A stretch of DNA of 64,000 nt from Eledone cirrhosa (taxonomy: Eukaryota). The notes under the pieces are model-generated. The model saw only the letters and a program-made list of their open reading frames with translations. It had not been told where the DNA came from and did no database searches. Shown one piece after another: positions 28,855 through 40,781 of the stretch (the first letter of the stretch is position 1; each line of letters opens with the position of its first letter). The stretch covers positions 122,016,001 to 122,080,000 of the forward strand of contig OZ024742.1 in NCBI GenBank assembly GCA_964016885.1, given 5' to 3'. A program made the translations under genes and the position numbers.

Positions 28855-29950
28855 TTGTTATACTTTGGGAGGGTCATGTTGCCAATAAAAACACACGCAC
28901 CTGTAACTTTTCACTTCAATTTATTATTAATTTCCGGTTGGTTGTTTCGATAACCGGAAGGTTGTTTATATATTGTCAAAGGCCTTTCGTCAAACCCTCA
29001 GTGACTAGGTCTTTATTTTGTATATCTTCTTTGTTCTGTCCTACACTATCATGTTTTTCTGTGTTGTATGTTGTGTGCTTAGCTTGCGCATGCGTTACAT
29101 ACGCGTGTGTGTTTTTATTTATATATTTATGTGCTTATTTACTTGTCACCAATTGTTTGTTTGTTCTATCTCTGTGTGTCTGATTTTCTTGTGAGTTTCG
29201 TTTTTGAGTGTCTGTATGTCTTCATTTTGTCCTTAATTACTAGTTGTGATATTGCTATTCAACTCGTGTTTTCTGTTTAATTTTGGTTGTAGTTCGTTTA
29301 TGTTTGTCGCCTTTGTGGTTTGTCTGGGCATTTCATCTTTGCTGTGTGTGGATATAATGTTTATATTCATGTTCTCTAATGGGCCCCTATGTTCTATTTT
29401 GGCATGTTGGTGGAGTACTGGTGAGTTTTTCTCATCCTGGAGTTTTCGCTAGTGTTCACGTATCCTTTCTCCTAGCCTACGAGCTGTTTCACCAATGTAT
29501 GTTATGTTCTTATTCCTACACTGTCCCTCAGTACATGTTATGCTATATACTACGTTCCTAGTTTTGCAGTTACTTTTCTGGCTTAGATTGCAGACTATGC
29601 ATTTCCTATCTGCACAGGGCGATTTTTGAAATGGGTATGTTTTACTAATTATGATTTTTATGGGAATACCTGGTCTTTCAACTATCTCAATATTTAATTT
29701 GAGCTTGTATGGGGCCCTGCTAAATCTGTAGGCTAGTTAGCCTCATGGGGTTGTATTGATGAACATTACATTCTGGTATTTATTGCTATCAGACCGTAAT
29801 TTTTCTTCATTTGCCTTATTCCTAATCCTATCTATTCTGTTCCAAAATTTGCTACTATACATGGGGCAAATCCCATTGGCATAATTTTGTACAAATTTTG
29901 CCCATTTGGTTCTAGCTCCTTTATATACCCTGATTGTAACCACAGAACTG
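28855..29950 (-). mobile_element. Degenerate Penelope-like element 3' part (GIY-YIG endonuclease), absent from the ORF track
   Basis: My translation of the minus strand at ~29450-29571 gives NCKTRNVVYSITCTEGQCRNKNITYIGETARRLGERIREH*. A decayed HHR lies at 28975-29005 (GTCA-CTGAGGG..GAAA-GGCC-TT-TGAC). Confidence 0.8.
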
Positions 29951-30032
29951 CATGCGGTGAATGAAGTGTTGTATGTGTCTCTCTAATCCTTTGGGGTTGC
30001 ACACGCGGTACACGTTCCTATATATATATATA

Positions 30033-30230
30033 TAGTTTTAACATAGATGAGATTCTACAGGACTAGAACTGTTTTATTCTTTAGAAATCATCAGGAATCT
30101 GGCTTTCCAAAATAAATGTTGTGGTATTTATATCTTTTCAGGTGGTAGGAGAGGGTGGGGAGTGGGATGGGTGGAGGTCATTGATTGAAAGAAAAGGGAA
30201 TTCATTAAAAGCAAATTCTTTATAAGCTAA
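30033..30230 (-). mobile_element. Family C terminus without tail; HHR 30050-30100 with G12 mutated
   Basis: Reverse complement of ~31625-31830. Confidence 0.8.
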
Positions 30231-30600
30231 GTCTCTCTATATATATACATATATATATATATAATAACTAGAAATTGATTAACATAAAAATATACATGAA
30301 TAATCAGAGGCGATAATTTTTGCCCGCGTGTAACCACGCATAGCTAGTATAGGTAATATTTACCTTTAAGTATGATTAACCTTCCTTGTATATATATCCC
30401 ATTAAAGAAATGTATTTCACCAATTAATCAGATGGTAAGTCACGGAAAGTGGATATTATTGGATTGTCAATAATTGTCTAGTTATTATAATATGCACAGA
30501 TTTATCTTAGAGCTTAATTTCCAGGATATATGGCGCATGCCTTATGACATGACACCCACAATTTCGATTTAGATTACATTCATTTAATTTATCTTAATTT

Positions 30601-30661
<61 letters not shown>

Positions 30662-30727
30662 AAATAACGAAACGAAATTAAATTTCGTTTCGCTTCTAAC
30701 TCACTTTTGTATGACTGACGCTTAAAC

Positions 30728-31021
30728 AATTAAGTTAAAGTGTACATCTACATATGTATACGGAAGTACTAGTATGCATATAAATAACATCGAAACTAGT
30801 CCAATATTCCTGTCTGGCTCTCTGGAGAATAGAGGAAGTGTGTTTCCTTGAAAACTCGTATGACTTTAAAACCCGGTTCGTCTGTTTGTTTACATACAGA
30901 CTAGCTGGACACTCACTGTAAAGTGTCTAGTGAAAAACTCGGTACATGTACATATGTATACATGTGTGTATTTATATGCATACTAGTACTTCCGTATACA
31001 TATGTAGATGTACACTTTAAC

Positions 31022-31027
<6 letters not shown>
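30728..31027. repeat. Perfect 59-bp inverted repeat (30728-30786 and 30969-31027), distant relative of family F
   Basis: Read directly. GAAACTAGT half-ribozyme at ~30792. Confidence 0.85.
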
Positions 31028-31065
<38 letters not shown>

Positions 31066-31201
31066 GTATGTGTTTTTATGTATTTTGTATATGTGTATAT
31101 ATGTGTATTTCTCTAGATGTGTTTGTATATGTTTGTATATGTGTATATTTATATGTGTATTTCTCTAGATGTGTTTGTATATGTTTGTATATGTGTATAT
31201 T

Positions 31202-31232
<31 letters not shown>

Positions 31233-31235
31233 ATG

Positions 31236-31312
<77 letters not shown>

Positions 31313-31559
31313 ATGTGTATGTGTCTGTTGACACCTGGAATATACCTTAAGATAAACATGACAATAATGATATGATAGGCACCAAATATTATGAACTGGT
31401 TTATAGAATTCTCTTGGCCTTGTTCACTCTAAGTAGAGCTTTAAATAATTAGCTTTTAAAGAATTTCCCTTTTCTTTAAATCCATCACCGTGACCGACCC
31501 CCCAACCATCTTATAGACACCTGAAATATAGGCATTGTTAGCCTAAGAGAAACTTAAAA

Positions 31560-31899
31560 ATAAGGAGTGGCTTACCAATCTGAACTTGTTTATAGAATTC
31601 TTTCTGCCTTTGTCACTTTAAATATAAATTATAGCCTTAAAGAATTAGCTTTCTTTCAACGAATTCCCTTTTCTTTCAACCAATGACCTCCACCCATCCT
31701 ACTCCCCACCCTCTCCTACCACCTGAAAAGTTATAAATACCACAACATTTATTTTGGAAAGCTAGATTCCTGATGATTTCTAAAGAATGAAACAGTTCTA
31801 GTCCTGTAGAATCTCATCTATATTAAAACTGTTATACTCTGCAATGTATTGAGTACCTTAGTTACTGTGGTTACCCCCGATTCAACCCGGAATAACTTA

Positions 31900-31902
<3 letters not shown>
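31560..31902 (+). mobile_element. Family C terminus with tail and an intact HHR at 31764-31814
   Basis: AGATTC-CTGATGA...GAAA-CAGttctagtcCTG-TA-GAATCT. The tail matches 11688-11761. Confidence 0.85.
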
Positions 31903-31937
<35 letters not shown>

Positions 31938-31977
31938 ATGAAATATAAGAATCAAAGAACTGTTCAAAACATTATTG

Positions 31978-32024
31978 TGCTTACAGCTGTTTCCTCCAAA
32001 CCGAGGTTTGGATTCTTCGGAGCA
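31978..32024 (-). ncRNA. Minimal type I hammerhead (CCGAAGA core), left arm
   Basis: Exact reverse complement of 38188-38234. Confidence 0.8.
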
Positions 32025-33467
32025 ATTTATTAATGCATGGACAGTTATATGACCTCCTTTTCAGCCGAGAGACATACCAATACATATTCAAACATTGATA
32101 CATATTCAAACATTGTGGGTCAACATTCATTACAAAATTTAGAGTGGCAGTACACACTTCGAGATTACATTTATATTAATAGGTACAATCAAAAATCAAA
32201 GATATAGGTTAAAGTACAACATGAAGATAAGTGGTTATATAGTGCAAATGTTATATGTGTGGCACGCATGTGCGTCTTGTTTATATAGTGTGGCAGAGAG
32301 ATATGTGTGGTAGAGGCACTTAGGTAGGTAAATAAGAGTGTTAGGTTGGTAGATCTGGTGGCAAAGTCTTTATATGATTGATGTAGTCTGTGTGTGGAGA
32401 AATATTATAAGTATTAAAGATAGTGCAAGCATTAAAAGTGTTATAAGTATTGGAGATGCACAACGCAGGGATGTCAAGTAATTCATGTACTTCGGCATTT
32501 TCATGGTCAAGGGAGTGTATATTTCGATTATATGCCTTTCACATAATCCACGACAATCCAGTTAGAGATCGTAGTCTGGTGTTCTTTAGTTCGATACAGG
32601 AGGTTGTTACGTTTCGAGAGACGCCATTGAATACCGGAAGTGTGTGTGTGGCTAAGGGGAGTTAATGCATGCGGGGAGGTAACTCTGGGGTTTCTATATC
32701 TAGCCATTAAAATGTGTCCCAATATGGACCCTAAATTCTATGGTGAGGTGCACCTTCCAAGAGAGACTTTTAAAGCATAAAGTGCACTAACTATAGAGTA
32801 GTTTAACTAAATTATGCTGAAGGTGATCATATTATTATTAAGGTGGATTAACCCATCTTAAGGTGCTACAAATGGAAATTATAGATGATGAGCGAGGATT
32901 CTAAATTAATGATCTCTGTGGTTGTAGTCTGCTCATATGACCAGGCGCGGTGATTGCAGGATTGCTTCAGGACCCAATGATCTCTGGTAAGATCTGGGTC
33001 ATCGCTTGCTACATTGGATGTCGAAAGATAATCGTCCCCAGGCAGGCCAAAGGTCAATCCGCAGTCCTCGCGACCCCTCTCTGACCGTCAGATCATCCAT
33101 ATACGTACAACCCGCACGGCAGTTGCATTGCATTCACTCACTGCGCTCAGCAGCCCGGTCCTACTGGTCAACAGCGCTACTCGATTAAATCATTTTACAT
33201 CTGTCTAAGGAAGGTGTTTCCTCTGCCCAACACCATCCACCCGATCAATTCATGCTCAAATTACCCTTAGAGCGGTGTAGTGCCGTCCAGGTGGGTGGAT
33301 GTTGTCACACCTGCCGTAGAGGTATAAATGGGTATTTTCCCTGCGAAGGGTTCCAGAGGGATGTCGTTGTTTGTGTTATAATGGATCAGCTAGTGTTGGG
33401 TATGTAGTATAGGGTGTGTCTCTGGTGTTTGATGCTAGATGTGGTGTTAGGTTCCAGTCCGACATTG

Positions 33468-34763
33468 CTATATATAGGGCTTAAAGTTTTGGAAGGAATG
33501 TCTGAGGCGGTGTTGGCAAGTTGCAAACACCTCAGATTTTTTGTTAAGTAGGTTACGGTTGGAGAAGATAATATTGTGTGTCTCTAGTATACAGAGGTTA
33601 CAGAATTTATTAGGTGGTTTGTACGAGGTCGCGCTGCCTATCACTTCCCATTTGAGTGTGTATGGTTTATTTTTAGATTTTAGATAGTGTATGTAGCTAG
33701 AAAGTGAGGTGGAGTTGGCTAGGCTGTGCTTTTTGAACGAGTGGATGTGCGAGTTATATCTAATTTTGAAGCAGTTAGAAGTGGAGCCTACATAGGTTTC
33801 TGAAGAGTTATTAGTCGTGACTGTGCATGAGTATATGACATCCTTGGTTAGGCATTTTTTATCTAAGGGGCAGGTTCTATTAGCTCTACAGTTACAATTA
33901 TTCTGTGCGTTAGTCCGCTGGTTATAATGCAATGCGGAAGTCTGTGTGGTGGATATAGGATTTTGGGTGTTCAGGTTGACAACCCTGGTGTTATTACTTA
34001 TACTAGTGTTATTTCTATTGTTACTGCCGTTGCTATTGTTGCTTGCTACAGTGGTATTTAGAGGGTTTGCATCCCGTTGTGATTTTGTTTGTTGGAAGTA
34101 AGAACTAATTTTACTATTATTGCTGCTAGCTATGTGGTATGCTAAGTTAGGCGTCGTAGAGTATGAGATTTTAATGGTGTTTTTGTTTAAGAGGTTGTGG
34201 TACTTGTGTCCTAGAGGGAAGTTTTTATCTAGTAGTGAGAAGAAAGCCCTAGGTATGTTGGTGGAGACATTTAGGTTGAAAGGAGGGTTGAAAAATGTAT
34301 TATTTCTTCTTCTATTTTTGCTTTTAGTGTTTGGTGTGTTGCTTCCTCCTAAGGCCTCACAGTAGTTTCCATGGTAATGGTTACTTCCGGTGGCACCCTC
34401 CGCTTTGGTGTACTTGTGGTTGCTATTCCTATTATTAGATTTCCTCATGGACATGTTGTGCGAGATGATGTTGTAGCTATGTGTTTTCTTAGGTAGGAAC
34501 TCTATTTCTATATTATGGCCGGAGCTAGCTAATGCTTGATTGTAATATTGTGAGTTTTTGCTAAATATGTTTGCGTCATAGGACAGACTAGAGATTCTAT
34601 TGGACACCCCCTTAGAGATAGAGTTTAATATTGATCTAGGGTGATTAGACTTGGTATCTACGTAAATAAGTTTCTCATTAGGCTTATGGAAAGGTGTATA
34701 TATTTTTGAGTCTAGGTATAGTGTGGCGTCTAGGAAGTTAACATTTTTAGTGTTTTTGTCCAT
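33468..34763 (-). CDS. PLE RT thumb, Asn-rich linker and GIY-YIG endonuclease (left arm)
   Basis: 431-aa ORF identical to the C-terminal part of 35155..36744. Confidence 0.85.
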   Translation of the reverse strand: MDKNTKNVNFLDATLYLDSKIYTPFHKPNEKLIYVDTKSNHPRSILNSISKGVSNRISSLSYDANIFSKNSQYYNQALASSGHNIEIEFLPKKTHSYNIISHNMSMRKSNNRNSNHKYTKAEGATGSNHYHGNYCEALGGSNTPNTKSKNRRRNNTFFNPPFNLNVSTNIPRAFFSLLDKNFPLGHKYHNLLNKNTIKISYSTTPNLAYHIASSNNSKISSYFQQTKSQRDANPLNTTVASNNSNGSNNRNNTSISNNTRVVNLNTQNPISTTQTSALHYNQRTNAQNNCNCRANRTCPLDKKCLTKDVIYSCTVTTNNSSETYVGSTSNCFKIRYNSHIHSFKKHSLANSTSLSSYIHYLKSKNKPYTLKWEVIGSATSYKPPNKFCNLCILETHNIIFSNRNLLNKKSEVFATCQHRLRHSFQNFKPYI

Positions 34764-35325
34764 GGTGATACTAAGGTTAAAGTTTCTGAATGTCTTATGC
34801 AGTTGTTTTCTAGTTCTTTCTATATTAAATTTTTTTATATTCTATGAGTAGAAGTGCATCATCGCGGTACAAACCACCGTTGAGGTAAGGGAGGTCTTTA
34901 TGGATTTCATTGAGGAGGTATAGGCCGACCAAATCAGTGACCTGCGCCGAGTCACTAGATCCCATGGTTATGTCGAAGTTGTTGTGCGTATCCTTGCGTG
35001 TCCATAGTTGGTCCTCGAAGGTGATTATGGTTTTACGGGCCGCAAGGATGACATCAACCTGGGCTCTAGTCAGGTCGCTATTGGTCATGGCCATGATAAG
35101 TGCCTTATTTAATAGGATAGGGGAAATAGAGGTGTAGTATGAATTGATATCAAATTGAATAAATTTTTTGTTCTTATTATTCTTGATATCCTTAAACCAT
35201 TCAATTACTTCACCCGTATTTCCCCATTGTTTAAGGTGTATCTTGTGTTTAATTTGTGGGATGATTTTATCCAAAATCTTCTTGCTGATAATACCAATGT
35301 CGGACTTGGAAGGGCAGATAAGTCT

Positions 35326-36744
35326 TACCTCAACGGTGGTTTGTACTGCGATGATGCACTTCTACTCATAGAATATAAAAAATTTAATATAGAAAGAACT
35401 AGAAAACAACTGCATAAGACATTCAAAAACTTTAACCTTAGTATCACCATGGACAAAAACACTAAAAATGTTAACTTCCTAGACGCCACACTATACCTAG
35501 ACTCAAAAATATATACACCTTTCCATAAGCCTAATGAGAAACTTATTTACGTAGATACCAAGTCTAATCACCCTAGATCAATATTAAACTCTATCTCTAA
35601 GGGGGTGTCCAATAGAATCTCTAGTCTGTCCTATGACGCAAACATATTTAGCAAAAACTCACAATATTACAATCAAGCATTAGCTAGCTCCGGCCATAAT
35701 ATAGAAATAGAGTTCCTACCTAAGAAAACACATAGCTACAACATCATCTCGCACAACATGTCCATGAGGAAATCTAATAATAGGAATAGCAACCACAAGT
35801 ACACCAAAGCGGAGGGTGCCACCGGAAGTAACCATTACCATGGAAACTACTGTGAGGCCTTAGGAGGAAGCAACACACCAAACACTAAAAGCAAAAATAG
35901 AAGAAGAAATAATACATTTTTCAACCCTCCTTTCAACCTAAATGTCTCCACCAACATACCTAGGGCTTTCTTCTCACTACTAGATAAAAACTTCCCTCTA
36001 GGACACAAGTACCACAACCTCTTAAACAAAAACACCATTAAAATCTCATACTCTACGACGCCTAACTTAGCATACCACATAGCTAGCAGCAATAATAGTA
36101 AAATTAGTTCTTACTTCCAACAAACAAAATCACAACGGGATGCAAACCCTCTAAATACCACTGTAGCAAGCAACAATAGCAACGGCAGTAACAATAGAAA
36201 TAACACTAGTATAAGTAATAACACCAGGGTTGTCAACCTGAACACCCAAAATCCTATATCCACCACACAGACTTCCGCATTGCATTATAACCAGCGGACT
36301 AACGCACAGAATAATTGTAACTGTAGAGCTAATAGAACCTGCCCCTTAGATAAAAAATGCCTAACCAAGGATGTCATATACTCATGCACAGTCACGACTA
36401 ATAACTCTTCAGAAACCTATGTAGGCTCCACTTCTAACTGCTTCAAAATTAGATATAACTCGCACATCCACTCGTTCAAAAAGCACAGCCTAGCCAACTC
36501 CACCTCACTTTCTAGCTACATACACTATCTAAAATCTAAAAATAAACCATACACACTCAAATGGGAAGTGATAGGCAGCGCGACCTCGTACAAACCACCT
36601 AATAAATTCTGTAACCTCTGTATACTAGAGACACACAATATTATCTTCTCCAACCGTAACCTACTTAACAAAAAATCTGAGGTGTTTGCAACTTGCCAAC
36701 ACCGCCTCAGACATTCCTTCCAAAACTTTAAGCCCTATATATAG
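35326..36744 (+). CDS. 5'-truncated PLE ORF (RT motif C onward, here YCDD; GIY-YIG endonuclease)
   Basis: The first ~57 aa of the listed 529-aa ORF are antisense read-through of the spacer. Real homology starts at YLNGGLYCDD. Confidence 0.85.
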   Translation, partial: YLNGGLYCDDALLLIEYKKFNIERTRKQLHKTFKNFNLSITMDKNTKNVNFLDATLYLDSKIYTPFHKPNEKLIYVDTKSNHPRSILNSISKGVSNRISSLSYDANIFSKNSQYYNQALASSGHNIEIEFLPKKTHSYNIISHNMSMRKSNNRNSNHKYTKAEGATGSNHYHGNYCEALGGSNTPNTKSKNRRRNNTFFNPPFNLNVSTNIPRAFFSLLDKNFPLGHKYHNLLNKNTIKISYSTTPNLAYHIASSNNSKISSYFQQTKSQRDANPLNTTVASNNSNGSNNRNNTSISNNTRVVNLNTQNPISTTQTSALHYNQRTNAQNNCNCRANRTCPLDKKCLTKDVIYSCTVTTNNSSETYVGSTSNCFKIRYNSHIHSFKKHSLANSTSLSSYIHYLKSKNKPYTLKWEVIGSATSYKPPNKFCNLCILETHNIIFSNRNLLNKKSEVFATCQHRLRHSFQNFKPYI

Positions 36745-38187
36745 CAATGTCGGACTGGAACCTAACACCACATCTAGCATCAAACACCAGAGACACACCC
36801 TATACTACATACCCAACACTAGCTGATCCATTATAACACAAACAACGACATCCCTCTGGAACCCTTCGCAGGGAAAATACCCATTTATACCTCTACGGCA
36901 GGTGTGACAACATCCACCCACCTGGACGGCACTACACCGCTCTAAGGGTAATTTGAGCATGAATTGATCGGTTGGATGGTGTTGGGCAGAGGAAACACCT
37001 TCCTTAGACAGATGTAAAATGATTTAATCGAGTAGCGCTGTTGACCAGTAGGACCGGGCTGCTGAGCGCAGTGAGTGAATGCAATGCAACTGCCGTGCGG
37101 GTTGTACGTATATGGATGATCTGACGGTCAGAGAGGGGTCGCGAGGACTGCGGATTGACCTTTGGCCTGCCTGGGGACGATTATCTTTCGACATCCAATG
37201 TAGCAAGCGATGACCCAGATCTTACCAGAGATCATTGGGTCCTGAAGCAATCCTGCAATCACCGCGCCTGGTCATATGAGCAGACTACAACCACAGAGAT
37301 CATTAATTTAGAATCCTCGCTCATCATCTATAATTTCCATTTGTAGCACCTTAAGATGGGTTAATCCACCTTAATAATAATATGATCACCTTCAGCATAA
37401 TTTAGTTAAACTACTCTATAGTTAGTGCACTTTATGCTTTAAAAGTCTCTCTTGGAAGGTGCACCTCACCATAGAATTTAGGGTCCATATTGGGACACAT
37501 TTTAATGGCTAGATATAGAAACCCCAGAGTTACCTCCCCGCATGCATTAACTCCCCTTAGCCACACACACACTTCCGGTATTCAATGGCGTCTCTCGAAA
37601 CGTAACAACCTCCTGTATCGAACTAAAGAACACCAGACTACGATCTCTAACTGGATTGTCGTGGATTATGTGAAAGGCATATAATCGAAATATACACTCC
37701 CTTGACCATGAAAATGCCGAAGTACATGAATTACTTGACATCCCTGCGTTGTGCATCTCCAATACTTATAACACTTTTAATGCTTGCACTATCTTTAATA
37801 CTTATAATATTTCTCCACACACAGACTACATCAATCATATAAAGACTTTGCCACCAGATCTACCAACCTAACACTCTTATTTACCTACCTAAGTGCCTCT
37901 ACCACACATATCTCTCTGCCACACTATATAAACAAGACGCACATGCGTGCCACACATATAACATTTGCACTATATAACCACTTATCTTCATGTTGTACTT
38001 TAACCTATATCTTTGATTTTTGATTGTACCTATTAATATAAATGTAATCTCGAAGTGTGTACTGCCACTCTAAATTTTGTAATGAATGTTGACCCACAAT
38101 GTTTGAATATGTATCAATGTTTGAATATGTATTGGTATGTCTCTCGGCTGAAAAGGAGGTCATATAACTGTCCATGCATTAATAAAT

Positions 38188-38234
38188 TGCTCCGAAGAAT
38201 CCAAACCTCGGTTTGGAGGAAACAGCTGTAAGCA
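38188..38234 (+). ncRNA. Minimal type I hammerhead (CCGAAGA core), right arm
   Basis: TGCT-CCGAAGA-aTCCAAACctcgGTTTGGAg-GAAA-CAGCTG-TA-AGCA. Palindromic stem III. Confidence 0.8.
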
Positions 38235-38494
38235 CAATAATGTTTTGAACAGTTCTTTGATTCTTATATTTCATATAACTGCTCTGTAAATCATCTGATG
38301 TTTTTACATTGAGCTACTTAACTTACTGGTAATAAGGTAGTAATACATTACTGCCTACCACTATTTAGGGTGTGTGTAAAATACTTACAACTGCTTAAGG
38401 TTTTGTGTTTACATAACCATAAATAGTATAACTAATACTATATATATATATATATATATAGTAGTTTCAGATGTTAAAGTCCTTTAATGATAAT

Positions 38495-38569
38495 GCTGTG
38501 ATACATATTTCAATGACGATAATGGCCACACCATTCGGTGTACCCAGTGCCGTGACATCATCAGACAAC
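38495..38569 (-). ncRNA. Type I hammerhead with extended stem II
   Basis: GTTGT-CTGATGA-[..ACACCgaatGGTGT..]-GAAA-TATGTA-TC-ACAGC. Confidence 0.62.
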
Positions 38570-39719
38570 TTCTTACATAATAAGGTTATGTTTCCGAGGC
38601 AATCCAAATGGAATCGACAAGGGAACGGACAAAACGTGTGCTCTTGAATCCTTCGCCCGTTCCCTTGTTAGTCCCAATTCACCCTCACCGGTCTGCGCAG
38701 GCGCAAGTCCGAAGGAAGTTGACCATCAACTACCCCAAAGTTCTACGAAACTCGCATAGGTATGTCCTCCTCTCAACCAAACAATCACCCCAACCAGGTC
38801 TGTAACATGACACGGTTATAGTTTACTGCTAGTCCCCTGCCAGTGGCAGTTGGTCGAAACCTAGTGGGGGTGGGAGAGTATGACTTTAAATAGGTCTCAA
38901 TACTACCCCTAAATTAAGCATGGACAATAGAATTGACCATCACCCGCTAAGAGAATATATACTTATTTCTAGGTATTATGGTTGCACAAAGGAAATAATG
39001 ATTGAAAATTAGAAATTAAAAATTAAAAAAAATTACAAGTTAAAAATCTTGATTGAAGTAAGTAAAAAAATATGTCCCTAATAAATAGGGAGATGGTTAA
39101 ATTATAGTAAGAAGATTTGAAAGGGGGATCAATATTACAGATATATTATCCATATATTGAACGATAGTACTGTACAGTTGAACGGAGGGTAAATTACAGT
39201 ATGACACGAAGTAATTAGGTAAATACATAGTTAATATCTCTATGACATGAATCAAAACAAAAAATACAAAATATAAAATACAAAAAATACAAAAAATACA
39301 AAAAATACAAAAAATACAGAGAATCAAAATGAGATAGGAGATATATATGTAAAATGAGATAGGAGATATATATGAGAAACATATACGAGGAAGGTACATT
39401 GTATGGAAATGAGGGTATAAGTGGTTAAAATGATTGTCAATTTTGTCCATGTAAAGAGCATATACAAATTCGTCATCTGATGAAGTGAGGGGGCATCCGT
39501 TCAAGGCCTCTATGCAAATGCAATTAGCTGCAGGAAAATAAGGGGTTTATCTTTGTTTTTAGTTCCGCGAAACTACTTCTCTTTTTCTTATTCGATATAT
39601 ACCCAGTCACTCCTATGTCGAAAAAGTATGTTGAGTGCTTGTATGTTTACCTTAAGTATATATATATATATATAAGTTGAAAAAAATGAAAACGAAATTT
39701 CATTTCTCACTCTTAGTGC

Positions 39720-39753
<34 letters not shown>

Positions 39754-39991
39754 GCATGCTACTGTACGTCTGTATACATATATGTATGTACGTTTACATA
39801 CATACTTACATTTAAGTAAGTGCCATACTAAGAGTGAGAAATGAAATTTCGTTTTCATTTTTTTCAACTTATCGTTTTCGGTATGCCTGACCGATTTAAC
39901 TCACTCAATATGCAAATTAGGCTGCTCAGCCGTTAATTTTCATAAGGAAAGTATATACTTTCGAACGTTCAACTATCTGGCAGATGGGTAA

Positions 39992-40034
39992 ACGGTGCTG
40001 ACGATAGCTAACAAGCTTGAAACTAGTACATCGT
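39992..40034 (+). ncRNA. Family F hammerhead ribozyme
   Basis: ACGGTG-CTGACGA-tAGCtaacaaGCTt-GAAA-CTAG-TA-CATCGT. Confidence 0.88.
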
Positions 40035-40185
40035 TCCTGTGTCAGTGTTGAACAAAAAGGTGACGTGGTTGCCTTAACACCGTATGGCATAAATTCAGGC
40101 TGTTCTGTTTGTTGACAAACAAGCTGCGTTATAATAAACGTCGGCTAAACTGATGCGTGCATATATGTATGTGTACCTGTGTGCA

Positions 40186-40255
<70 letters not shown>

Positions 40256-40490
40256 TGCTACTGTACGTCTGTATACATATATGTATGTACGTATACATAC
40301 ATACTTACATTTAAGTAAGTGCCATACTAAGAGTGAGAAATGGAATTTCGTTTTCATTTTTTTCAACTTATCGTTTTCGGTATGCCTGACCGATTTAACT
40401 CACTCAATATGCAAATTAGGCTACTCAGCCGTTAATTTTCATAAGGAAAGTATATACTTTCGAACGTTCAACTATCTGGCAGATGGGTAA

Positions 40491-40533
40491 ACGGTGCTGA
40501 TGATAGCTGACAAGCTTGAAACTAGTACATCGT
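40491..40533 (+). ncRNA. Family F hammerhead ribozyme
   Basis: ACGGTG-CTGATGA-tAGCtgacaaGCTt-GAAA-CTAG-TA-CATCGT. Confidence 0.88.
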
Positions 40534-40781
40534 TCCTGTGTCAGTGTTGAACAAAAAGGTGACGTGGTTGCCTTAACACCGTATGGCATAAATTCAGGCT
40601 GTTCTGTTTGTTGACAAACAAACGAACAAAGCTGCGTTATAATAAACGTCGGCTAAACTGATGCGTGCATATATGTATGTGTACCTGTGTGCATATATGT
40701 ATATATATATATATATAGATATATATATATGCATGCTACTGTACGTCTGTATACATATATGTATGTACGTATACATACATA

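Larger units (their letters stand above)
31935..35323 (-). mobile_element. Penelope-like element, left arm plus spacer of the giant palindrome (5'-truncated, probably Hydra-clade type)
   Basis: RT motifs RLICPSKSDIG, IQFDINSYYTSI, FDITMGS and LYRDDAL. GIY-YIG with CxCx5C, VIY..YVG, KW and CNLC. A +1 frameshift lies in an A7 run near 34830. The clade call rests on remembered motif descriptions. Confidence 0.92.
35324..38438 (+). mobile_element. Penelope-like element, right arm of the palindrome with a unique 3' tail (38278-38438)
   Basis: 35324-38277 is the reverse complement of 31935-34889. I noticed only four differences. Confidence 0.92.

Noticed and set aside
35155-35323. N-terminal part of the 529-aa ORF
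   Set aside because: Antisense of the RT in the spacer, fused in frame by chance at the inversion junction.
39470-39580. CTGATGA with a distant CGAAA
   Set aside because: I could not build consistent stems I-III.
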